Assembly: GCA_964647585.1 (NCBI GenBank)
Contig: CAZYGG010000012.1
Coordinates: 4,762-68,761 of the forward strand
Length of the DNA: 64,000 bases
DNA from: an uncultured Desulfobacterales bacterium
GTDB lineage: Bacteria; Desulfobacterota; Desulfobacteria; Desulfobacterales; CAJINA01
Direction: 5' to 3'
In this document: piece by piece, positions 28,396 to 39,289 of the stretch
Numbering within the stretch: the first letter of the stretch is position 1
Layout: every line of letters begins with the position of its first letter
The notes under the pieces: generated by a model
Database searches by the model: none
What the model was told of the DNA's origin: nothing
The model's input: the letters and a program-made list of their open reading frames with translations, nothing else
Position numbers and translations under genes: made by a program

Positions 28396-28917
28396 ATGGG
28401 TACCGCGAAAAACAGCAGCACCAGCCTTGAAAAAGTGAGTGAAAATCTCGTCAATTTTTCCGTGGACCGGGACGACCTGAATAGAATCATGACCATGCTG
28501 CCCGAAGATGAAGCCGTCAACCGGGTCACGGTGGAGTATGAAATCCCGCTATTGAAGATCGTGAGCGTCGGTTGGGCCATCGCGTATTTTATGGAGGAAC
28601 AGCCCGAAAAAAAGGCCCTGCTGGAATCCTTCTGGCAAGCCATCGACGAATTCTCAAAAGGCCTTTCAGACGTCACCAACCTCACTACCGGCGCCGACAT
28701 CAACTATTTCCATATGATTAAAGAGCGGGTGGACACCTATGTCCAGGCCCTGAACATGCAGCCGGACGCAAAAGATCCGGCCGCCGTCATCGGGCCTACT
28801 TTTGCAGGCATCTGCAACACCCCGGACAACATCCACGTCATCATGACCGGCAACCGGGTATTCAACGCCGCAATTATCGGCGTAAAAGAATATCTGGCCC
28901 ATATCAATATCACCTGA
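28396..28917 (+). CDS. Hypothetical protein upstream of lnt
   Basis: 173 aa ORF with GGAGG RBS and normal codon usage; no motif recognised. Confidence 0.75.
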   Translation: MGTAKNSSTSLEKVSENLVNFSVDRDDLNRIMTMLPEDEAVNRVTVEYEIPLLKIVSVGWAIAYFMEEQPEKKALLESFWQAIDEFSKGLSDVTNLTTGADINYFHMIKERVDTYVQALNMQPDAKDPAAVIGPTFAGICNTPDNIHVIMTGNRVFNAAIIGVKEYLAHINIT

Positions 28918-28933
28918 TACCAGAGGCTGCCCA

Positions 28934-30508
28934 GTGACGGGACCGGGATCCGACATGTCCAGATATAACCTGATTGCTGCCGCGGCCAGCGGCCTGCTGC
29001 TTACCCTGGCCTTTCCGACAACCGGGCACCCGGTTGTCGCGCTCTTCGCCATGGTACCCCTGCTGCTGGCATTGCGCACCGCCTCTTTTGCCGGTGGTTT
29101 CAAGCTGGGTTTTATCACGGGACTGGTTCACTTCGTTTCCCTCGTCTACTGGGCGGCTTACACCATGAAGATCTACGGCCACCTGCCGCTGTATCTCTGC
29201 ATCCCCCTGCTGATTCTGCTGGCCGCCTATCTGGCTCTCTATCCGGCCCTGTTCGCCGGCCTGACGACATTCATCCAGCGCCCGGTTTGGTTGTTAATTG
29301 GCGTCCCCGCGTTCTGGACCGCATCCGAATACCTGCGGGCTACCCTGTTTACCGGGTTTCCCTGGGAACTGCTGGGTTACTCGCAGTATAGCAACCTGCC
29401 TTTCATTCAGATCGCGGACATTACGGGAATATACGGGATCTCTTTCTGGCTGGCCCTGATCAATGCCGCTGTGTTGCTTGCCAGCCTGGGCTTCAGGCAG
29501 CAACGCTGGCAGTCGCAACCGGTTTCAAGGAAAAGCATCGGGGGCGCCGGCCTGGCGGTTCTGACCGTGTCCTGTTTCCTGTGGGGTTACGGCCTGGACC
29601 GTATCCGCACCCTCAATCAGGAAGCCTCCCGGGCGCCCCATAGAAAAATTTCGGTTTTACAGGGCAATATCGACCAGAACAAAAAGTGGGATCGAAAGTT
29701 TCAGAAGGCCACGCTCGAAAAATATAACGCCCTCTCCCTGCAGACGAGCCGTGAAAAACCGGACCTCATCGTCTGGCCGGAGACCGCAACCCCATTTTTT
29801 ATCGGCCACAACCGCCCCCTGACCGCGCTTTTGCAAACCGGTATCCGCCAGACCCACGCCGACCATCTCATCGGTACCCCTACGGCTATACGGCACAATG
29901 ATCGCACGGCTTACCGCAATAGCGCCCTTTTGTTTGATGCCCGGGCCGGGCTTGTCGATCACTATGAGAAGGCTCACCTCGTCCCTTTCGGCGAGTACGT
30001 CCCCTTCAAAGAGTGGCTGCCCTTCCTGGGAAAAATGGTCGCCCAGGTCGGTGATTTCATACCCGGACCGGCCGGTAAGGCCATTGCCTGGCAGGGCCGG
30101 CATCTGGGCGTTCAAATCTGCTATGAAATCATTTTTCCAGAGCTTTCCCGGGCAATGGTGCAAAACAAAACGGATATACTGATCAACATCACCAATGACG
30201 CCTGGTTCGGGAAAACCAGCGCTCCCCGCCAGCACTTTTCCATGGCGGTCTTCCGGGCTATTGAAAACCGCCGAGCGCTGGCCCGGGCCGCCAACACGGG
30301 CATCAGCGGCTTCATCGACCCCGTCGGCCGAATCATCAGGGCCTCTGAATTGAATACCGCGACAACCCTGACCCAGGCACTGCCGCTTATGACGGCCACC
30401 AGCATCTATACCTCAGCCGGAGACATCTTCGCCCTGGGGTGCCTGGTCGTCACGCTCTTTGTCGCCGGCCGGGGACTCCTCTACCGATGCCGCAAGCGAA
30501 AGTCTTGA
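28934..30508 (+). CDS. lnt: Apolipoprotein N-acyltransferase
   Basis: TGFPWELLGY, VLQGNI, IVWPETA, YEKAHLVPFGEYVP, QICYEIIFP and RAANTGIS motifs. Confidence 0.96.
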   Translation: MTGPGSDMSRYNLIAAAASGLLLTLAFPTTGHPVVALFAMVPLLLALRTASFAGGFKLGFITGLVHFVSLVYWAAYTMKIYGHLPLYLCIPLLILLAAYLALYPALFAGLTTFIQRPVWLLIGVPAFWTASEYLRATLFTGFPWELLGYSQYSNLPFIQIADITGIYGISFWLALINAAVLLASLGFRQQRWQSQPVSRKSIGGAGLAVLTVSCFLWGYGLDRIRTLNQEASRAPHRKISVLQGNIDQNKKWDRKFQKATLEKYNALSLQTSREKPDLIVWPETATPFFIGHNRPLTALLQTGIRQTHADHLIGTPTAIRHNDRTAYRNSALLFDARAGLVDHYEKAHLVPFGEYVPFKEWLPFLGKMVAQVGDFIPGPAGKAIAWQGRHLGVQICYEIIFPELSRAMVQNKTDILINITNDAWFGKTSAPRQHFSMAVFRAIENRRALARAANTGISGFIDPVGRIIRASELNTATTLTQALPLMTATSIYTSAGDIFALGCLVVTLFVAGRGLLYRCRKRKS

Positions 30509-30942
30509 GTGCCCATTGCCGCCAGCGGCGTGCCAGGCGACTTCAGCGAAAAACAAATTGCATGATAGCCATATTATGGTGTAATAAATCGTTTCACATG
30601 CTATCGTAGGACTATTAAGCAATAGCGTTTGCAAGAAAAGTGTTCCGATACCGGTGGCCCGGTAATCGTATTGGAGTTATCACAAATATTGAGCCTGCTC
30701 CTCTGCAAACGCTATCAAGGGTTTCCCGTTTTGCCGCTCTCCTGGGTTACCGAGCTGGGAGCCTTCGCTGTGTCAAATTCTTTAAATCTGTCAAGCGTTT
30801 AGGTGTTTTTAATCGAATCATTTGATAGCAGTTGCCATTACCGGTCAAGATTCGTGTGTTAGCCCGTTATGCCTTTTATGGTAAAGTCGCGAGCAACCAG
30901 AACGTGTGTTTGACAACTGGTATTTACGAAAGGGGTTCAGCC

Positions 30943-32041
30943 ATGTCCGCCGAATTGAAACAAAAGATAAAAGGACTTCATCAGAAACTTGAAGATCTCC
31001 GGGGTTATCTTTGACCTGGCGGGCAAACAAAAAAGACTGGAAGAAATCGAACACCTGCTGTCCAGGGACGGTTTCTGGGACCAGCCCGAAAAATCAACTG
31101 CCATCCTGAAAGAACGGACCCGAATTTCCGCTAAAATTGATGCGTTTACTTCCCTGGCCGATGGACTGGAGGAGAGCGAACTCCTGCACGAGTTGGCCGT
31201 GGAAGAGTCGGATGACGAGAGCCTCGCCGAAGCGACCCAGCAGGTGGCCGCCATGGAAAAGGGCATCGACAAGCTCAGCCTTGAAATGATGCTTAACGGG
31301 GAGTCCGACCAGAACAATGCCATCGTTTCCATCAACGCCGGAGCCGGTGGCACCGAGGCTCAGGACTGGGCTGAAATGCTGTTTCGCATGTACCTGCGGT
31401 GGATTGAAAAAAAGGGATTCAAGCCGTCCATTCTGGATTACCAGCCCGGAGATGAGGCCGGCATTAAAGGGGTAACCATGACGGTTAGCGGTATGAACGC
31501 CTACGGGTACCTCAAATCGGAAAACGGGGTTCACCGCCTGGTGCGCATTTCCCCGTTCAATGCCAGCGGAAAACGCCATACCTCTTTCGCCTCAGTGTTT
31601 GTCTATCCCGAACTGGACCAGGAAATCGTCATCGATGTGGAAGAAAAGGACCTGCGCATAGATGTTTACCGGGCCAGTGGCGCCGGTGGGCAGCATGTCA
31701 ACAAAACGTCAAGCGCCGTGAGGATCACCCACCTGCCAAGCGGTATCGTTGTGCAATGCCAGCAGGAAAAATCCCAGCACCGCAATAAAGAGATGGCCAT
31801 GAAAGTCCTCAAGGCCAGGTTATTCCAGAACGAGAAAAAGCGGCAGGATGAAAAACTCCAGGAAATACATGACGGCAAGGACGACATCGGCTTTGGCAGC
31901 CAGATCCGTTCCTATGTCCTGCACCCTTATCAAATGGTAAAAGATCACCGTATCGGCCTGGACATCGGCAATGTGAACCAGGTGCTGGACGGCGGCATCG
32001 ACCCGTTCATCGAAGGGGTCCTGCTGGCCGGCATATCCTGA
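30943..32041 (+). CDS. prfB: Peptide chain release factor 2 with programmed +1 frameshift at CTT TGA C (31009-31015)
   Basis: MSAELKQKIK...LRGYL* followed by CTTTGAC with an upstream GGGG SD-like element; downstream frame has SPF and GGQ motifs. Confidence 0.97.
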
Positions 32042-32586
32042 TGAAACCAATCGAAATTATACAAGAATTCTGCCAGCCTGGCTCAAAGGGGTACGCAACC
32101 CTGGTCCACCACAGCGAACAGGTGACCCACAAGGCGCTCGCAATCGCTGAAAAGGTCCCCGACCTTAAACCGGACCTGGACTTTATCGCGGAAGCCGCCA
32201 TGCTGCACGACATCGGGATTGTTAGGACCGCTGCGGAAACACTGGGCTGCAGCGGCCGTCACCCCTACCTCATGCACGGAACCCTGGGCCGTAAAATGCT
32301 GGATGAAAAGGATCTGCCCCGCCATGCCCTGGTCTGTGAAAGACATGTGGGGGTGGGCATATCGGCTGAAGACATTGTCAGCCACGCCCTGCCGCTACCC
32401 GTCCGTGACATGCGCCCGGTTTCCATCGAAGAGCAGATTATCTGCTACGCAGACAAGTTTTATTCGAAAAACGGTGATGGCAATGGCCAGGAGAAGTCAA
32501 TTCCGGTGATCCTGGAAGAGATCGCCGCCTACGGCCCTGGTAAGGTTGACCGATTTAAACGCTGGTTGGAGATGTTCAGCAACTGA
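32041..32586 (+). CDS. HD-domain (HDIG) phosphohydrolase
   Basis: LVHHS, MLHDIG, HG, ERHVGVG and YADKF motifs. Confidence 0.88.
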   Translation: MKPIEIIQEFCQPGSKGYATLVHHSEQVTHKALAIAEKVPDLKPDLDFIAEAAMLHDIGIVRTAAETLGCSGRHPYLMHGTLGRKMLDEKDLPRHALVCERHVGVGISAEDIVSHALPLPVRDMRPVSIEEQIICYADKFYSKNGDGNGQEKSIPVILEEIAAYGPGKVDRFKRWLEMFSN

Positions 32587-32652
32587 GTGAAGGCCGCAAA
32601 TCGCCGTCACCGGATATTAGATAATTCGAAAGATCTGGGTAGCGCGGTTGTT

Positions 32653-32787
32653 CACCCTCCCCCGGCCCCTCCCGTCAAGGGAGGGGAGAGAAGTCGCCGC
32701 CAACCGAAATAAAGCCGTAGGTCTCCTTCTTAGTGATCTTTTCTAAAAAAGCTCCCCTCCCCTTGCGGGAGGGGCCGGGGGAGGGGG
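32653..32787. repeat. Gene-less doublet of the 33-bp CCCTCCC palindrome (family D), inverted pair
   Basis: caccctcccccggcccctcccgtcaagggagggg (32653-32686) ... cccctccccttgcgggaggggccgggggaggggg (32754-32787). Confidence 0.9.
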
Positions 32788-32977
32788 CTGTCGCAAATAA
32801 GGCAAACGCCACTTTCAACAAACCGACCGCCTGCATCCACACATAAAAAGGGTCCACCGGAAATATTTCCGGTGGACCCTTCAACTTTTAGCACGTAACA
32901 AGTAATTCGTTCACTGTTCTGCATTTTTAAGGTTCTTGGTTTTAACCCTTGAACCCAGAACGTTGAACCTACCTGAT

Positions 32978-34378
32978 TTACCACCCCATCTCAAGAAACT
33001 TATCAATTGAGTTGGCGGCCAGTCTCCCGGCCCCCATGGCGAGGATAACCGTAGCTGCTCCGGTAACGATATCACCCCCGGCCCAGACCCCACGTTTGGT
33101 GGTTTTCCCGCTCTCCGGGTCTGCAATAACATAGCCCCACTGGTTCAGTTTCATATCGGGGGTTTCACTGGTCAGCAGCGGGTTGGCCCCGGAACCGACA
33201 GCGACGATGCACAGGTCGCACTCGATCTCGAACTCGGAGCCCTTGATGGGCACCGGGCTTCTGCGCCCGGACTCATCCGGTTCACCCAGTTCCATTTGGA
33301 GGCACTCCATACCGGTCAGGCGGCCTTTCTCATTGCCCAGGTATTTGGTTGGGTTGGTCAGCAGAAAGAGTTCAATGCCCTCTTCCTCGGCGTGGTGGAT
33401 TTCAGCACCCCGAGCCGGCATCTCGTCTCGGGATCGGCGATAAACAATCTTGACGTTCTCCGCGCCCAGCCGCATGGCGGTCCGGGCTGAGTCCATGGCG
33501 ACGTTTCCGGCCCCGAGGACCACCACGTTTTTACCCATGGGAATCGGGGTGTCTACTTTAGGAAATTCGTAGGCTTTCATCAGGTTGGCCCGGGTGAGGT
33601 ATTCATTGGCCGACAGGATGCCCACATAGTTTTCCCCGGGAATGTTCATAAACCGCGGAAGTCCGGCGCCCACACCCACATATACCGCATCATATCCCTG
33701 CTCAAACAGCTCGTCCAGGGAGACCGTCCGACCTACAACAGCATTGCACTCCACCTTGACACCGAGCCGCTCCAGGAAATTGACTTCCTGGGAAACGATG
33801 GCCTTTGGCAGCCGGAATTCGGGGATACCGTAAACCAACACGCCGCCCGGTTTATGAAATGCTTCCAGAATGGTTACGTCATGGCCCTTTTGAATCAAAT
33901 CACCCGCCACGGTGAGCCCTGATGGCCCGGATCCAACCACCGCCACTTTTTTCCCGGTCTTCGCCTGGGTCGGCGGAAGTTCACCAGTGCCATTTTCTCT
34001 TTCGTAATCCGCGCAGAAACGTTCGAGGTTGCCGATGGCCACCGCCTCGCCTTTTTTGCCGACGATGCACTTGCCTTCACACTGAATTTCCTGGGGGCAT
34101 ACCCGCCCGCAAACAGCCGGCAGGGCGTTCTGGCTCCACAGGTTGCGGATAGCACCCGTAAAATCACCTTCCGTAATCAAATTGATAAACCCGGGAATAT
34201 CCACTTCTACCGGACAACCGGCAACGCAGCCCGGCTTTTTGCACTGCAGGCAGCGGGCGGCCTCTTCCTGGGCCATTTTCACCGTATATCCGGTGGGAAC
34301 TTCTAGAAAGTTATGTGCCCGTACCTGTGCTTCCTGCTCCGGCATCGCGACGCGGGGAACCTTATTTTTTTTAGCCAT
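32978..34378 (-). CDS. nfnB: NfnB / homotetrameric GltA-type NADPH-dependent oxidoreductase
   Basis: RCLQCKKPGC..GCP, GRVCPQEIQCE, VVGSGPSG, GAGNVAMD and AGGDIVTG motifs; directly downstream of nfnA-like gene. Confidence 0.88.
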   Translation of the reverse strand: MAKKNKVPRVAMPEQEAQVRAHNFLEVPTGYTVKMAQEEAARCLQCKKPGCVAGCPVEVDIPGFINLITEGDFTGAIRNLWSQNALPAVCGRVCPQEIQCEGKCIVGKKGEAVAIGNLERFCADYERENGTGELPPTQAKTGKKVAVVGSGPSGLTVAGDLIQKGHDVTILEAFHKPGGVLVYGIPEFRLPKAIVSQEVNFLERLGVKVECNAVVGRTVSLDELFEQGYDAVYVGVGAGLPRFMNIPGENYVGILSANEYLTRANLMKAYEFPKVDTPIPMGKNVVVLGAGNVAMDSARTAMRLGAENVKIVYRRSRDEMPARGAEIHHAEEEGIELFLLTNPTKYLGNEKGRLTGMECLQMELGEPDESGRRSPVPIKGSEFEIECDLCIVAVGSGANPLLTSETPDMKLNQWGYVIADPESGKTTKRGVWAGGDIVTGAATVILAMGAGRLAANSIDKFLEMGW

Positions 34379-34456
34379 TTTCTCCTCCGTAAAAAATATA
34401 ACCGTGACTGTGGTCCTGTTAAAGCTGTGCAGGACTTCTCCAGCGATTGTTCAATG

Positions 34457-35293
34457 TTATTGAGCGTCGCGAAGGGTGCAGTACTCTTCGTGACACTTTT
34501 TTTCCTCTTCAAGATAGGCCTGCAGCCTGAGCATCAACTCATCATAATCGACCTTGTGGCCGTCAAATTCAGGACCATCAACACAGGCGAATTTAGTTTC
34601 GCCGCCCACGGTGACCCGGCAACCGCCGCACATCCCGGTGCCATCAACCATAATCGGATTGAGGCTGACCATGGTCGCGACATTGTATTCCTTGGTAATA
34701 TTGCTGACCGCCTTCATCATGGGCACCGGCCCAATCCCCACCACCAGTTTCACATCGCCGCCCTCAAGGACCTCTTTCATCACATCCGTCACAAAGCCGT
34801 GATGGCCATAAGATCCGTCGTCCGTGCAAACCCTCAGATCGTGGGAAGCCGCGCCCATTTCCTTTTCAAGAATCAACAGATCTTTGTTCCGGGCGCCGAT
34901 GATGCAGGTTACATCGTTGCCGACCTCTTTCAGGGCCCTGGTAATCGGATGTAAAACCGCCACGCCGGTACCGCCGCCGACACAGACGACTTTACCCACC
35001 TTTTCGACATGCGTAGCTTTACCGAGGGGACCGATAACGTCCTGAAAGTCATCGCCAACCGCAAGGTCTCTGAAAATTGCCGTTGATTTGCCCACAACCA
35101 TGTAAATGATTGTAATGGTACCTTTTTCCGGGTCCGTATCGGCCATGGTAAGCGGAATTCGTTCGCCTTCCGCGTTGGCTTTCAGGATTACGAACTGACC
35201 GGGTTTGGCTTTTTGGGCTATCAGGGGCGCCTCTATCTCGTTTAGAATAACGGTCCCTTCTGCCATCTCTTCGCGTCTAACGATTTTAAACAT
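34457..35293 (-). CDS. nfnA: NfnA (PyrK/SudB-like FAD/[2Fe-2S] subunit)
   Basis: Start refined to MFKIVRREEM; GQFVIL, ERIPLT, GGGTG and MVDGTGMCGGCRV...C motifs. Confidence 0.88.
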   Translation of the reverse strand: MFKIVRREEMAEGTVILNEIEAPLIAQKAKPGQFVILKANAEGERIPLTMADTDPEKGTITIIYMVVGKSTAIFRDLAVGDDFQDVIGPLGKATHVEKVGKVVCVGGGTGVAVLHPITRALKEVGNDVTCIIGARNKDLLILEKEMGAASHDLRVCTDDGSYGHHGFVTDVMKEVLEGGDVKLVVGIGPVPMMKAVSNITKEYNVATMVSLNPIMVDGTGMCGGCRVTVGGETKFACVDGPEFDGHKVDYDELMLRLQAYLEEEKKCHEEYCTLRDAQ

Positions 35294-35653
35294 TGCTGAC
35301 CTCCGGGCGTAAATCGCCGTACATGATTTAGTTAATGCCGCTGTAAAAAGGATAGAGCCCTTCTGTGAACTGGAGCGAGCAGGAACAAAAGCAGCGTACT
35401 TAGCAGTGTCGCGCATTCTTAGAATGATCTCTCGCTGAACGGGTATTACCTGTCTTTACGTTGGCCTCCAAAAATGGTTTTCTATATATGAAATTTTCAA
35501 AAAAATCAAATAAGCATATACTCAATATAAAAGCAACCCTATTTATAGAACTCATCTCGAAGAGGGATACTATTGAACAGAAAGCCTCCTTGTGGTAAAC
35601 CGCCAGCAACCTTCAGGTTTTCCCGGTAAAAAATGTAGCCAAGGAAAGGTATC

Positions 35654-36436
35654 ATGCAGCTATTTGACAGCCACTGCCACCTCGATGATCCATCTTTTGA
35701 GAAAGACTGGCCCCAGATCCTTGGACGGATGGCCGCAAATGGTGTCAACGCAGCCATGATTGCCGGCATCAACCTGGAACGGTCCACCAGAGCCCTGGAA
35801 TTGGCCGAATCGCACACCGGATTTTACGCATCGGTCGGGGTTCATCCCCATGATGCTGTCGATTGCAGTGAATCCGTAATAAACACCCTGGCAACCCTGG
35901 CGCGTAACCCCAAGATCAGGGCCTGGGGTGAGATCGGACTCGATTTCAACCGGATGTACTCCCCGCGGGACATTCAGGAAAAGTGGTTTATCCGGCAGCT
36001 TGAAACTGCGGATGCCCTAAACCTGCCCATTATTTTTCATGAACGCGACAGCCAGGGACGTTTACTGGAACTGCTGCACAACCGGCCCAATGCAAAACGA
36101 ACCGGGGTGGTCCACTGTTTCAGCGGAACCAGCGCGGAGCTTGAGCACTATTTAGAAATGGGTTTTTACATAGGGATTACCGGCATTGTCACCATTCAGA
36201 AAAGGGGCCGCCAGCTCCGCGAACAGGTGGGCCTGATCCCATCTGATCGACTTCTCATCGAAACCGACGCACCTTACCTGACCCCGGCTCCCCAGAAAAA
36301 CAAGCACCGCCGCAACGAACCTGCCTTTGTTCGATCGGTGCTGATCAGACTGGCAGAAGTCCTGGACGCAGACCCGGAAAGCCTGGCCGGTACCATCTGG
36401 GACAACACCTGCCGTCTGTTCGATATTCAGCTTTAA
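35654..36436 (+). CDS. tatD: TatD family hydrolase
   Basis: DSHCHL, GVHPH, GEIGLD, HER, VHCF and ETDAPYL motifs. Confidence 0.93.
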   Translation: MQLFDSHCHLDDPSFEKDWPQILGRMAANGVNAAMIAGINLERSTRALELAESHTGFYASVGVHPHDAVDCSESVINTLATLARNPKIRAWGEIGLDFNRMYSPRDIQEKWFIRQLETADALNLPIIFHERDSQGRLLELLHNRPNAKRTGVVHCFSGTSAELEHYLEMGFYIGITGIVTIQKRGRQLREQVGLIPSDRLLIETDAPYLTPAPQKNKHRRNEPAFVRSVLIRLAEVLDADPESLAGTIWDNTCRLFDIQL

Positions 36437-36473
36437 CAACCCTGATATCTCTCCAAACAATCCACTGGAAAAC

Positions 36474-36694
36474 TATACCGAATCAGCTCATCCCGTAATT
36501 TTGTCGCTCTGCGCGCAGCGAAGAGTCCCCTGCAAGTTAAGGCCATGCTCAATGTGAGGGATTCTTCGTCGCCTGTCGGGCGTCTTGTGCGGCGTAGCCC
36601 ATGGGGCGAAGACGTAAGCCTTTGGCGAAGACTGGTTTCACTCCTCAGAATGACAGACTAGCTCAATCGGAACCCATTTTTGGAAATGGCTATA
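36474..36694. repeat. Family B MITE-like element (copy 3) with two nested mini-palindromes
   Basis: tataccg...gaagagtccc...gggattcttcgtc[gcctgtcgggcgt{cttgtgcggcgtagcccatggggcgaagacgt}aagcctttggcgaagactggtttc]actcctcagaatgacag...ggaaatggctata. Confidence 0.8.
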
Positions 36695-36854
36695 AAGACC
36701 CTCCAAATTGGGGACTTGTACCCTATCAAACCAATATTAAATCGAGTTGAGGCTTGACATACGCACTTCAATACATATTACTTTTATAAATAAATCATTT
36801 TTAGTAATGTAGCTGACGAGTTAATTGCGCCGGCACATAAAGGAGGAGAGACAA

Positions 36855-38756
36855 ATGGGTAAAACAATTGGAATAGATCTGGGTACGACCAATTCATGCA
36901 TCGCAATCATGGAGAACGGCGAGGCAAAAGTCATCACCAACCCCGAAGGCGGTCGCACGACGCCTTCCATCTTTGCAATGACCGACAGCGGTGAAAGGCT
37001 GGTGGGGCAGATTGCCAAACGCCAGGCGGTCACAAACCCGGCAAACACGGTTTCCGGCATAAAACGCCTGATCGGCCGCAAGTATGACGCGGCCGAAGTT
37101 CAGCAGGATGCCCGCACGCTGCCCTACGAAATCGAAAAGTCCGGCAACGGTGACGCCGGGGTGAACCTGAAGGGCAAGGTATACAGCCCTGCGGAGATTT
37201 CAGCCCAGATCCTGGGTGCCATTAAGAAAGCAGCTGAGGAATACCTGGGAGAACCGGTTACGGATGCCGTTATCACGGTCCCGGCCTACTTTTCAGACAG
37301 CCAGCGGCAGGCGACCAAGGACGCGGGGCGCATAGCGGGCCTGAACGTGCAGCGCATCATCAACGAACCGACGGCCGCGTCCCTGGCCTATGGCATGGAC
37401 AAGAACAAGGAGGAAAAAATCGCGGTTTTCGACCTGGGCGGCGGCACCTTCGATATTTCCATACTGGATATCGGTGATGGCGTTTTCGAAGTAAAGTCCA
37501 CCAACGGCGATACCCATCTCGGCGGCGAGGATTTTGACATGCGCCTGATCGACTACCTGGCGGATCAGTTTAAAAAAGACCACGCCATCGATCTGAAAGC
37601 CGATCCCATGGCCCTGCAAAGGCTCAAGGAAGCTGCTGAAAAGGCCAAAATGGAACTGTCCACCTCCATGGAGACCGATGTCAACCTTCCGTTTATAACT
37701 GCGGATGCCAGCGGGCCCAAACACCTCAATATCAAGATTACGCGCGCGCGCCTGGAAGCCCTGGTCCAGGACCTGCTCGACCGTCTGGAGGGCCCCTGTC
37801 TGACGGCTGTCAAGGATTCCGGCTACAGTGTGGGCGACATCGATGAAGTGATTCTCGTGGGCGGCATGACCCGCATGCCAGCGGTTCAGGAACGTGTGCA
37901 GAAAATCTTCAATAGAGCGCCGAACAAAGGTGTCAATCCGGATGAAGTCGTAGCCATGGGTGCGGCCATCCAGGGAGCAGTCCTCCAGGGGGATGTCAAC
38001 GATATCCTGTTGCTGGACGTCACCCCGCTGTCACTGGGCATTGAAACCCTGGGGGGTGTTATGACCCGCCTTATTGATAAGAATACCACTATCCCGGTGA
38101 ACAAAAGTGAAGTGTTTTCAACCGCCCAGGACAATCAACCGGCGGTCTCAGTGCATGTCCTCCAGGGGGAAAGAGAACTGGCAACTGACAACAAGACCCT
38201 GGGCCGGTTTGAACTGACCGGTATCACGCCGTCTCCGCGGGGTGTCCCGCAGATTGAAGTCACTTTTGATATCGATGCCAACGGGATTGTAAACGTATCC
38301 GCAAAAGACCAGGCCACCGGCCAGGCTCAGTCTATACGGATCACCGCCTCTAGCGGCTTGAGCCAGACAGAGATTGACCGGCTGGTAAATGAAGCCAAGA
38401 ACTACGCGGATGAAGACCGCCGGAAACGATCCCTGATCGATGCGCGCAATGAGGCGGACGGCCTGGTTTATACCACGGAAAAGACCCTGGCCGATTTCGG
38501 GGACCGGGTCGATCCGGAAAGCCGGGAACGCGCCCTGGCCGCGATTGCCCAGGTGAAACAGGCCATGGCCGGTGAGGATGCTGGACAGATCAAGGCACTG
38601 GCCAGCGAGCTTTCCGCAATCAACCAGACCCTTGCCCAGGCCGCCGCCGGCAAGCAGGCCGGGCCAGCTCCCGGAACGGCTCAAACGGCCCCCGGCAATC
38701 CGGGCGGCAATCCGGATGATGATATCATCGATGCTGAATACCAGGATGTGGCCTAA
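36855..38756 (+). CDS. dnaK: Molecular chaperone DnaK
   Basis: [42 protein letters not shown] and [15 protein letters not shown] motifs. Confidence 0.97.
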   Translation: MGKTIGIDLGTTNSCIAIMENGEAKVITNPEGGRTTPSIFAMTDSGERLVGQIAKRQAVTNPANTVSGIKRLIGRKYDAAEVQQDARTLPYEIEKSGNGDAGVNLKGKVYSPAEISAQILGAIKKAAEEYLGEPVTDAVITVPAYFSDSQRQATKDAGRIAGLNVQRIINEPTAASLAYGMDKNKEEKIAVFDLGGGTFDISILDIGDGVFEVKSTNGDTHLGGEDFDMRLIDYLADQFKKDHAIDLKADPMALQRLKEAAEKAKMELSTSMETDVNLPFITADASGPKHLNIKITRARLEALVQDLLDRLEGPCLTAVKDSGYSVGDIDEVILVGGMTRMPAVQERVQKIFNRAPNKGVNPDEVVAMGAAIQGAVLQGDVNDILLLDVTPLSLGIETLGGVMTRLIDKNTTIPVNKSEVFSTAQDNQPAVSVHVLQGERELATDNKTLGRFELTGITPSPRGVPQIEVTFDIDANGIVNVSAKDQATGQAQSIRITASSGLSQTEIDRLVNEAKNYADEDRRKRSLIDARNEADGLVYTTEKTLADFGDRVDPESRERALAAIAQVKQAMAGEDAGQIKALASELSAINQTLAQAAAGKQAGPAPGTAQTAPGNPGGNPDDDIIDAEYQDVA

Positions 38757-38761
38757 AAATC

Positions 38762-38794
38762 TCAGCCCGGGCGGCTTCTGTCTGCCCGGGCTGG
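38762..38794 (+). terminator. GC-rich hairpin after dnaK
   Basis: ctcagcccgggc...gcccgggctggg stem; no clear U-tract. Confidence 0.4.
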
Positions 38795-38810
38795 GATCAA
38801 CAGTGAAAAA

Positions 38811-39033
38811 TAGAAGTCATCTCAAAAAACGGATTTTGGTTCAAGGTCAAGGCGGGCGTTACATTCGAACCGGAGGTGCCAGCGAAGCCAATGCCTTGCG
38901 TGGTAAATACTCCAGTATTTCGAGGATTTGACCCGCCATACAATTGGCAATATGCCTTACGGGGGCGATTTACTCGCCAATTTAGCGTCCAACGCCGAGA
39001 TTGGGCCAAAAGACTTTTTTGAGATAGCTTCTA
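38811..39033. mobile_element. TA-ended MITE (family A, copy 3; longest)
   Basis: tagaagtcatctcaaaaaacggattttggttc...aaagactttttttgagatagcttcta with two internal expansions. Confidence 0.88.
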
Positions 39034-39044
39034 ACCTGTAACAG

Positions 39045-39170
39045 CCCCCTCCCCCGGCCCCTCCCGCGAGGGGAGGGGTGACTTATTGCGCAAGGCCTAT
39101 ATTACCCCGGTCATCTCAGCAGTAGCGAGACTATCCACTCTCCCTTGACGGGAGGGGCCGGGGGAGGGTG
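39045..39170. repeat. Family D doublet downstream of the DUF559 gene
   Basis: Forward copy 39045-39077, reverse copy 39138-39170; spacer homologous to that of 39665-39791. Confidence 0.9.
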
Positions 39171-39289
39171 AACTATCGCTTAGGCAAGCCTTCCGGACAA
39201 CCTTAAGCACCCCTTCCAGGTTTTCAAAAATCTCACAGCGTTCGGTGGTCATTCTCCCCTCCCTTGACGGGAGGGGTCGGGGGAGGGTG
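39171..39289 (-). repeat. Diverged tandem duplicate of the DUF559 3' end plus a family D copy
   Basis: FENLEGVLKVVRKACLSDSSPSPGPSRQGR (duplicate) versus FENLEGVLGVIRKACLRDISPSPDPSRQGR (gene); period 119 bp. Confidence 0.85.

Noticed and set aside
35440-35520. Rex operator upstream of nfnAB (tgaaattttca)
   Set aside because: Half-site spacing is 3 nt rather than 4 and the flanks match poorly.
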